63,059 nt of DNA from a virus (lineage: Duplodnaviria > Caudoviricetes): positions 1 to 63,059 of IMG/VR virus record IMGVR_UViG_3300025879_000020; one strand, given 5' to 3'. The notes under the pieces were generated by a model. It was not told the DNA's origin, did not search any database, and worked only from the letters and a program-made list of their open reading frames with translations. The number at the start of each line of letters is the position of its first letter. Positions within the stretch are counted from its first letter, which is position 1. Shown here in pieces: positions 26,829 through 33,852 of the stretch. A program made the translations under genes and the position numbers.

Positions 26829-27873
26829 TCTCCTCCATATTAATCATCTCTTCGGCATCAGTTGCCAAACCAAACTGGTACTGCTTACGGATAAACTCTT
26901 TGAAGTCAGTACCGTCGAAGATAGGATCCCAGAACTCTTTCTCAAGAGTATCTTTAATCCTTACCTTTGCTCCGATTTCTCCAGTCGTTTTATCAACCAC
27001 AGAATACCAACCATTGGAAGGCTTAACAACAAACCCACCAGCGATAGCAACATCAAGCAAACCAGAGTAATTGGCAATACCACCATCGAAAGATACTTTA
27101 ATAGGGATACAAGACTTTTCTCGAACATATCTAGATTTCTCCACGTTGATTACGAAGTCGTAACCTTCGATTTGACCAGAACTCGCTTTGTTCTGACGAC
27201 GACCGATAATCCAGATATTGTCAGCAGAGTAGTAAATACCTGTGCCACCCGATACAACCGCTTTAGGGAATAGACCCATCTCTTGGTAGGTATGGTTGAC
27301 AGCCAACAACGGAATATCTTTCATAGTCAGATAAGGAGTTGTCATGCGGAAGAGACCTTTCAATGCTTTCGCTCTTGTCATATCCGCAACGGACTTCTCG
27401 TTAAGAGCATCGTCTAGCTCTTTCTTAGAAGCCAAGTTACCAATAGAGTCAATTACAACGATGACTTTTTCGTCTCGGTCGATACCGTCAAGCTGATTGA
27501 TTAGATCAAACTTGAGTTCTTCAACATCCTTAATGGGGGTATGTAAGACTCGGTTAAGATCAATGCCGAATGTACTAAAGTATGATTGCGGAGAACCAAA
27601 CTCTGAATCGTAAAACAGCATGATTGCTTCAGGATACTTCTTAAGATAGGCAGCAGCCATCTTGAGGGCAAACGAAGTTTTAAAGTGTTTACTTGGACCA
27701 GCCAGGACGGTGAGTCCGGAAGTAATACCACCATCTATATCACCCGAAAGGGCAACGTTCATCATAGGGACGTCCGTAGGGATAACGTCCTTCTGATTAA
27801 AGAAGGCGGAGTCGGCGAGAGTGTCCGACTCCTTAACCTTCGAGTTTTTCTTTAACTTTTCCATCAAACTCAT
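26809..27873 (-). CDS. uvsX: RecA-like recombinase UvsX
   Basis: AGPSKHFKT, YDSEFG, DSIGNLAS. Confidence 0.95.
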   Translation of the reverse strand: MSLMEKLKKNSKVKESDTLADSAFFNQKDVIPTDVPMMNVALSGDIDGGITSGLTVLAGPSKHFKTSFALKMAAAYLKKYPEAIMLFYDSEFGSPQSYFSTFGIDLNRVLHTPIKDVEELKFDLINQLDGIDRDEKVIVVIDSIGNLASKKELDDALNEKSVADMTRAKALKGLFRMTTPYLTMKDIPLLAVNHTYQEMGLFPKAVVSGGTGIYYSADNIWIIGRRQNKASSGQIEGYDFVINVEKSRYVREKSCIPIKVSFDGGIANYSGLLDVAIAGGFVVKPSNGWYSVVDKTTGEIGAKVRIKDTLEKEFWDPIFDGTDFKEFIRKQYQFGLATDAEEMINMEEIADGVA

Positions 27874-27901
27874 ATCAAATCTCCAATGATGAGAAACAAC
27901 T

Positions 27902-27930
27902 ATTATACTACATTACAAAGGGAAAGTAAA
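27902..27930 (-). promoter_or_regulatory. T4-type early promoter (uvsX)
   Basis: TTTACT-N17-TATAAT. Confidence 0.8.
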
Positions 27931-27938
27931 GGTTTTTT

Positions 27939-28199
27939 TTACTTGCTTTGCTGCTTTTGAATAACCTTACGAGCTTCATGGCGAGCTAGTCCACGGTCTA
28001 GCTTGATACCATTCTCTTTTGCATAGTTGTACAGTTCAGCAACGCCCATTGTGTCAATGTCGGGTACTGCTTCTGCTTCTACCTTAGCAACGGCGACTTC
28101 AACATACTCGGTAGTTTCGGCAGCAATGCCAACCTCTACTTTGGTTTCTTCTGCCACAGGAGCTTCAGCTTTAGCTTTAGTAGTCTTTCTCTTAGCCAT
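27939..28199 (-). CDS. Rho-N/HeH-like domain protein
   Basis: IDTMGVAELYNYAKENGIKL. Confidence 0.6.
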   Translation of the reverse strand: MAKRKTTKAKAEAPVAEETKVEVGIAAETTEYVEVAVAKVEAEAVPDIDTMGVAELYNYAKENGIKLDRGLARHEARKVIQKQQSK

Positions 28200-28204
28200 T
28201 GTTA

Positions 28205-28375
28205 TTAAACCTCATTTTGGATGATAAAGATCATACGATCCTTATTGATACGTTGGGGGAGTTTTACTCCATTGTTTTCAGCATACTCTCGGAGTTGTGC
28301 CTTAGTCATTGAATTTAGATCTACATCAGGCGTCTTATCACCTAACAATCGATTAATAATATTAATGATCCACAT
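28205..28375 (-). CDS. Rho-N/HeH-like microprotein (56 aa)
   Basis: Manual translation ...LNSMTKAQLREYAENNGVKL...; not in the ORF track. Confidence 0.6.
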   Translation of the reverse strand: MWIINIINRLLGDKTPDVDLNSMTKAQLREYAENNGVKLPQRINKDRMIFIIQNEV

Positions 28376-28376
28376 T

Positions 28377-28384
28377 TATTTATA
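28377..28384 (-). promoter_or_regulatory. T4 late promoter
   Basis: TATAAATA. Confidence 0.5.
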
Positions 28385-29318
28385 CCTCGCTATTCTTATA
28401 AGCATAGTTAAGAGCCGAGTTAGCTTCCCCACGAAGGGGTCGCTTCTCGTACCAATTGCCAGTCTGTAGGTCTAGTTCCCTCGCCAGCTGTTCAACCTCA
28501 ATATCCGTAATAGGATACCCACATCGAATAGCATTAAAGGAAACGGAAACCATAAACTGGTACATTTTAAGATACCACCCAGTTTCAGTAATAGATTTGT
28601 ACTCATCTATCATTCGTCGATTTACAAAGGGGCAATCTCCGATGCCGTTCCACGAATACTTGTCTTTGTTAGGTAACATAGACTTACGATGAGCCAAAAC
28701 CTGTTCCTGAAGTTCAGGTGGCAGTTTGTCCAAGAAAGATTTACTACCGCTTGGCTCGGTATAGGGGTGACGACCCATGAGTTCGGTTGGTTCTATAAAC
28801 TTGCCCTTGTTCGTAAAGATAAAGTTATCCGCACCTTCATAGTTCCCTGGAACATAATACATACGGCTCAGATCCTTAGTCTGTTTATCGCCGATGGAAC
28901 CAAGATACGTATTAAGGGCGAACCAAAAATGGCGTATTCTATCTTGCGGAACAGGTTCTGCGAGCGGAAACACCAGTCTAAACTTTGGTTTCCCTACGGT
29001 AGAACTAGCAGTGGAGTAGCAAATAAAGTAGTCCTCACCGTATTTCTCACACAGTTCCGAGCGAAGATCGCCTCCGAACTCATGGTCGTCAACATCAACA
29101 GCAGCCCAACCAGCCCAATTAACCACGTTCTTGTTAGCACGAGTCGTATCGGGTTGGTATGTGGCTGGCGAAAATAGTTGAGCATCCTTTTTGTTTGCGT
29201 ACGGAAGCTCCGACAGTTTGTACAACAAGCCTTCAAACTTATCCCAACTGTCAAAGTCCATACGCTTATGCGTCTTATTATCGAAGACGCTTTTAAACAA
29301 AGTCAATGAATACATCAC
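28380..29318 (-). CDS. Putative AEP/PrimPol-type primase
   Basis: AVDVDD, YSTASS...PKFRLVFPL, KDLSRMYYVP; helical C-terminal domain. Confidence 0.65.
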   Translation of the reverse strand: MMYSLTLFKSVFDNKTHKRMDFDSWDKFEGLLYKLSELPYANKKDAQLFSPATYQPDTTRANKNVVNWAGWAAVDVDDHEFGGDLRSELCEKYGEDYFICYSTASSTVGKPKFRLVFPLAEPVPQDRIRHFWFALNTYLGSIGDKQTKDLSRMYYVPGNYEGADNFIFTNKGKFIEPTELMGRHPYTEPSGSKSFLDKLPPELQEQVLAHRKSMLPNKDKYSWNGIGDCPFVNRRMIDEYKSITETGWYLKMYQFMVSVSFNAIRCGYPITDIEVEQLARELDLQTGNWYEKRPLRGEANSALNYAYKNSEV

Positions 29319-29324
29319 GAGGTT

Positions 29325-29353
29325 ATTATACTATACTTCATCTAAGAAGTAAA
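29325..29353 (-). promoter_or_regulatory. T4-type early promoter (primase)
   Basis: TTTACT-N17-TATAAT. Confidence 0.8.
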
Positions 29354-29698
29354 GTCCTTTTTCATAAACTCATTGATGTTCATCGCTTTGTCATCAACGT
29401 AGTAACTTGAGGCATATGGCTTACCGAATACGAGTTCGTCATATGGAACCTCGTATTCTGCTAACCAGTCCTGGGTTACCACGCCAACATCAGCAACAAT
29501 CTTGCCAACATCACCGTTGTGAGTTAACATTCTTCTCGCTGAGCTGATAATTATATAGTATCCCTGATCCTTCAGGGTTTGCATCTTCTCAATAAGAGAA
29601 ACGTTTGGTTTTGCGAGCCTATACTTACCGTGTGTTTCCTTAACATCATGGTTAGGGTAACAGATAGTGTCATCCAGATCAAAGACTATACTTTTCAA
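29342..29698 (-). CDS. HAD phosphatase (capsule-biosynthesis phosphatase-like)
   Basis: FDLDDTI, SSAR, FGKP, YVDDK; TTG start after GGAG. Confidence 0.85.
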   Translation of the reverse strand: MKSIVFDLDDTICYPNHDVKETHGKYRLAKPNVSLIEKMQTLKDQGYYIIISSARRMLTHNGDVGKIVADVGVVTQDWLAEYEVPYDELVFGKPYASSYYVDDKAMNINEFMKKDFTS

Positions 29699-31190
29699 TG
29701 TTATTCTCCACGTAGTCAATGAAGCGTTGTTGGCGCTTCTCATCATCATAATGTAGCGGAACGCAACTAGCAATAAGAAGCAGCCCACCGCCGAGGATTA
29801 GGTCAACTGGCAGGTTGTACTCTCGGAGTTTACGAACGAAGATTTCTTTAACATCCTCGTTATGAGTAACGTTAGAAACCATACCGTTGTAACCATGGTA
29901 CAAGTCGTGCGCCAGTTTAGCCCAATCGTACAGGTCATCACCAAGTACTCCAGAATGCTCAGAATAAGAACCACGTGGGTCTAGTAGTCTGATCTGATCA
30001 GTTTGCTGATCGTACATGATGTTACCGAAGTGCAAATCACCGTGCATACCAGAGATAGGTTTAGACCTAACATAACACGCTTCGGATAGAGCAATTATAC
30101 TTGATTTTGTCGAAGAAGTAAAGCTAGTATTATCAACCCTTTCGGTAGTTTTACCGACCCACATTTCGCGAGATAACTCGGAAAAGTTCGAAACGAACCT
30201 AACATCCTCGCAGCGATTGTTGAAGAACTTCATCTTAACACGGAATACCTTATCTATGATGTACTCCCAAACAGATGGCGGAAGATTATCATATAACATA
30301 AGGTCGGACAATAACGTACCAGACTCGTATGACATAATCAGGTCAAACTCAGTATCAAATACTCTAGGAACAAACATAGATTGATGCTGAGATAAGTTAC
30401 GATACCATTCCTTCTCGAGCTGTAAGGTTCGAACAGATTCTGGCTTGTGATAATCAGGAGACTTACGAATAGTTCCAAGCTCCGGATCATACTCCATCGT
30501 ATTGAAGTCACGACTCTTTAGGTTCAACAGCTCGGCGCAAGTTTTGTAGAAAGATGGCAGATTGCCAATATCATACCACTTGTTAGTCGTTACTGACTTG
30601 AACGAACGGGTGTAGTCGTTAATGTAGTTTATAAGAGCTTCCGAAATCTCATAACCTTTAGCGTTGTTAAAGGCATTCTTGGCTTGAGTACCATACTCGA
30701 AAGAGTAAAGACCAACCAGAGCAACTGAGTTTGGAACCATGTAGCTCGGCTTGTCGTGAAACTCGTTACCGTCCCACATACACCAAGCAGAGTGATTATC
30801 ATCTTCTTTGTTCAGTAGGAAATCTGTACCCCAAGGCATATCTTCTTCTAAGATAATAGCGTCGCCGAGCCACACAACCAGAGGCAACTCAGGTTTAGAG
30901 AGTTCGTTGATACCCTTCATGATAGCATCACGAGGTCCATTTAACGAACCTTGCTTAACGAACCTAATGTCAGGGTGCTTGAGTTTACAGTACTGACGAA
31001 TGTCGTCAAACGCACCATCTACGATAATGATCTCGTTGATGTTCGCAGTCTTTTTCGCCTGCTCAACGATATAATCCAAGCATGGCTTACCGTTTACACG
31101 CACCATAATCTTAGATGTGTTAGAAGATAGCGGACGGAGTCGGGTTGCCGACCCAGCCGCAGGGATAACTAAATTAACCAAAGAACTCAT
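29679..31190 (-). CDS. Sugar-phosphate nucleotidyltransferase fused to an APH/choline-kinase-like domain
   Basis: IPAAGSATRLRPLS..SK, WLGD, WYDIG; HGDLHFGNI, LDPRG, DWAKL. Confidence 0.85.
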   Translation of the reverse strand: MSSLVNLVIPAAGSATRLRPLSSNTSKIMVRVNGKPCLDYIVEQAKKTANINEIIIVDGAFDDIRQYCKLKHPDIRFVKQGSLNGPRDAIMKGINELSKPELPLVVWLGDAIILEEDMPWGTDFLLNKEDDNHSAWCMWDGNEFHDKPSYMVPNSVALVGLYSFEYGTQAKNAFNNAKGYEISEALINYINDYTRSFKSVTTNKWYDIGNLPSFYKTCAELLNLKSRDFNTMEYDPELGTIRKSPDYHKPESVRTLQLEKEWYRNLSQHQSMFVPRVFDTEFDLIMSYESGTLLSDLMLYDNLPPSVWEYIIDKVFRVKMKFFNNRCEDVRFVSNFSELSREMWVGKTTERVDNTSFTSSTKSSIIALSEACYVRSKPISGMHGDLHFGNIMYDQQTDQIRLLDPRGSYSEHSGVLGDDLYDWAKLAHDLYHGYNGMVSNVTHNEDVKEIFVRKLREYNLPVDLILGGGLLLIASCVPLHYDDEKRQQRFIDYVENNIEKYSL

Positions 31191-31989
31191 CAAGTGTTGC
31201 TCCAGATCTATCAATAAACGCCTTCTTCCAACTGATTACTGCTTCTACACGAGAGGTAGAATCTTCGTCGGTTGTCCAGGATGCGTTTTCTTTTACAGTC
31301 AACTTAACCACTCCAGGGAACTCACGTTGAAGTGCCTTGTAGCACATCTCTTGTAGTTCACCGTTACGGAAGGTAGAGTTGCCTCCAGGCTTACCGTGTG
31401 GGTGGTTAAAAGCATAATTATATATCACAGCATTCTTCATACCAGCCTTCAACAAAGATAGGATAGCATAGAAGTCTTCAAACAGTTTGATTTGGTTGTC
31501 TTTTCTATACATACCGTCGAAGGTAACACCATTATCGTTGAACATCTTGGTGTTGATACCATAGCAAGAGTACGAACGTGTAATCTCAACTAGATCTTCC
31601 TCGATACGGTTATTGCCAGCTCGGTCAGAAACGCCAACCCAAGCATACTCGTCAAGGTTTTTCTCAATAGTATCTAGCATGTCGAACCACTGTTCTTCCG
31701 ACTCTAGTTTCTTGAGCTTCATCTCATCGTCACGATACATAAAGGTACAGTTGTCATCAATGATAAGAATCTTACCGTTGTCACCAAGATTTACCAAACG
31801 CTGGCGGACATCAGCAATACCGTCAGTCATACCGATATCTAGAACGTCAGCATCAGGATAGTTTTCTTTTAAGATATCTACACGATCGCTTCGGGTACAC
31901 AGGGTGGTTCGCGAACGAACCGCCTCTGGCATATTGTCCCAACAGCGTTGGTTATCTTCACGCATTAATGTAGGGATTAAGATTCTCAT
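31174..31989 (-). CDS. GT-A glycosyltransferase (TET-associated/GREB1-JGT-like)
   Basis: ILIPT..R, GIADVRQ, IIDDN (DxD-like), LFEDF, PGGNS. Confidence 0.75.
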   Translation of the reverse strand: MRILIPTLMREDNQRCWDNMPEAVRSRTTLCTRSDRVDILKENYPDADVLDIGMTDGIADVRQRLVNLGDNGKILIIDDNCTFMYRDDEMKLKKLESEEQWFDMLDTIEKNLDEYAWVGVSDRAGNNRIEEDLVEITRSYSCYGINTKMFNDNGVTFDGMYRKDNQIKLFEDFYAILSLLKAGMKNAVIYNYAFNHPHGKPGGNSTFRNGELQEMCYKALQREFPGVVKLTVKENASWTTDEDSTSRVEAVISWKKAFIDRSGATLDEFFG

Positions 31990-33392
31990 CCAAAGAAGTC
32001 CTCCAAACTTGCTTTCTCTTCAACAGCAGCTGGGTCATTACGCTCAGCCATTTCACGCCCACCGTTTTCCAGTAGGTAGTCATACCACTCTTGGCTATGC
32101 CACATACCTGGACTTACACCGTTCCAACGATCTCGCCATTCGGAATGCTCTTTATTCAATCGACGGTCGTCAACGAACTTACGTCGAAGCTGTTCGTAAT
32201 CCCAATCGCCAAGCTCTAGCATATCCTCACGGAAGTAGAACACAAGAGACATACGGAGTAGGTCATCTTCGCCAGACTCTGGGTTTTCGATAGGCATGTT
32301 ACCATGGATAATACGCATATTGTCAATCAACAGTAGGTCTCCTGGACGAACGTTAATCGCAGCACGAACTTCTGGAGTTACCAAGTAACCGCCTTTCCAG
32401 TCCTTACCTTCCGGAGAGATTACCGTTAGGTTAGAGAAACCTTCATTCAACGAGCCAGCATCACGATGGCAAGCCATACGGGCATTACGATCTTTCATTG
32501 TAGTGTTTACAGTGACAGTCGTAAAGGTAGTATCCTCGCCGATAAGGAACTTCTTATCAATCGAGTCAGCGCACTTCTTCTGAGCAGCATACCGATCTGG
32601 CAGTAAGTCCGCCATAGTCTGGTCTAGCTTACGAGCAAACGGATAACACTTCTCGAAGGTCTCACGGTTATTCTCAACGTGAGAAGTTGCTCGACCATAC
32701 GGAATACGTGGATAACGACCATAGAAACCTGTAATACCTGACCAGAGAGGGGTGGCATAAGAGGTGTCAGAGATCATCGTATCTTGTAGCTTCTGAGCAT
32801 ACTCTTTTGACTGCGAGACCGACATAAACTTCAGCCGTTCCATAGCAACATCAAAGAAGCCATCATATGTATCGAACTCAGCTTCGATCTTAGAACGAAG
32901 CCACACTTCTCCTCGTGTTTCATATTGAGCAACCTTGTGCTTCTCAATAATCTCTTCGATGGGGTCGTCCCCATAAACACCTTGACGAGAACCGCCGATA
33001 TAGTAGTCTAGAATGTCACGATGGAAAGGGGTAACCCAATCTCGCCCACCAGACTTCTCGGCACGTGGACCTGCCGCCATGCCTCGGTTATTTGATTCAC
33101 CAGCAGCAGAGAACAGCCCTTCAAAAGCACCATTTTGTTCAGCCTGAGTGAATACATTCTTACGGAATTTAAACGCACAACGATCTTCGGTTAGTTCACC
33201 ATTACCAGTAACGTCCGAAGATGGTAGGTAGAAGTCAGCGTCAGAATCAACAAGAATGTCGTACGAACTCTCATCGGCATACTTACCGATAATGTCCTCT
33301 TGGCTCACAGTGAACAAAGCGACATACACTTCTTGACCTTCAGAGCCAACGCCCTTTTGCCACTTATACCCACCAAACTCAACTATTTCCAT
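31986..33392 (-). CDS. TET/JBP-family 2-oxoglutarate/Fe(II) methylpyrimidine dioxygenase
   Basis: FTTVTVN, ACHRDAG (HxD), IHGN (distal H), RMSLVFYFRE. Confidence 0.85.
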   Translation of the reverse strand: MEIVEFGGYKWQKGVGSEGQEVYVALFTVSQEDIIGKYADESSYDILVDSDADFYLPSSDVTGNGELTEDRCAFKFRKNVFTQAEQNGAFEGLFSAAGESNNRGMAAGPRAEKSGGRDWVTPFHRDILDYYIGGSRQGVYGDDPIEEIIEKHKVAQYETRGEVWLRSKIEAEFDTYDGFFDVAMERLKFMSVSQSKEYAQKLQDTMISDTSYATPLWSGITGFYGRYPRIPYGRATSHVENNRETFEKCYPFARKLDQTMADLLPDRYAAQKKCADSIDKKFLIGEDTTFTTVTVNTTMKDRNARMACHRDAGSLNEGFSNLTVISPEGKDWKGGYLVTPEVRAAINVRPGDLLLIDNMRIIHGNMPIENPESGEDDLLRMSLVFYFREDMLELGDWDYEQLRRKFVDDRRLNKEHSEWRDRWNGVSPGMWHSQEWYDYLLENGGREMAERNDPAAVEEKASLEDFFG

Positions 33393-33415
33393 ACAACCTC
33401 CATCATAATAGCCAT

Positions 33416-33444
33416 ATTATACCCTACTTTAAAAGGAAAGTAAA
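33416..33444 (-). promoter_or_regulatory. T4-type early promoter for the hypermodification unit
   Basis: TTTACT-N17-TATAAT, then GGAGG RBS. Confidence 0.8.
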
Positions 33445-33447
33445 GCA

Positions 33448-33852
33448 TTATTTATCCTGATCTCCCAATTTAAGGGTTCGGGCGAGGTCTGGTTCGGAAA
33501 ACCCTGGACCCTTTAGGATCTTACCATCCTCACGATAGATCGGCTTACCGTCCGCTCCCAACTTAGACATATTTGACCGCTGTACTTCAACGAAGCAGTC
33601 ATCAAGGTTAATACCGAATGCGTGACCAGCGCCATACGTGACGTACAGAATGTCGGTTAGCGCATCAGCGACTTCAACGATATCGTTGTTATCAAGAGCT
33701 TCGATCAGTTCCTCAAGTTCTTCCTTGATCAAATCGACTCGAAGGTCTTGTACTTCTTTTGAAGGCAGCTCAGGTTCTGAACGAACCTCTTGCCCAAAGG
33801 CATCCATAAAGACTTTAACTTTAAGGAAGTTGGTTCTATAGTAAGGCATCAT
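33448..33852 (-). CDS. MazG-like nucleotide pyrophosphohydrolase
   Basis: EELEEL...EVADALTDILYV, SNMSK; start trimmed. Confidence 0.85.
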   Translation of the reverse strand: MMPYYRTNFLKVKVFMDAFGQEVRSEPELPSKEVQDLRVDLIKEELEELIEALDNNDIVEVADALTDILYVTYGAGHAFGINLDDCFVEVQRSNMSKLGADGKPIYREDGKILKGPGFSEPDLARTLKLGDQDK

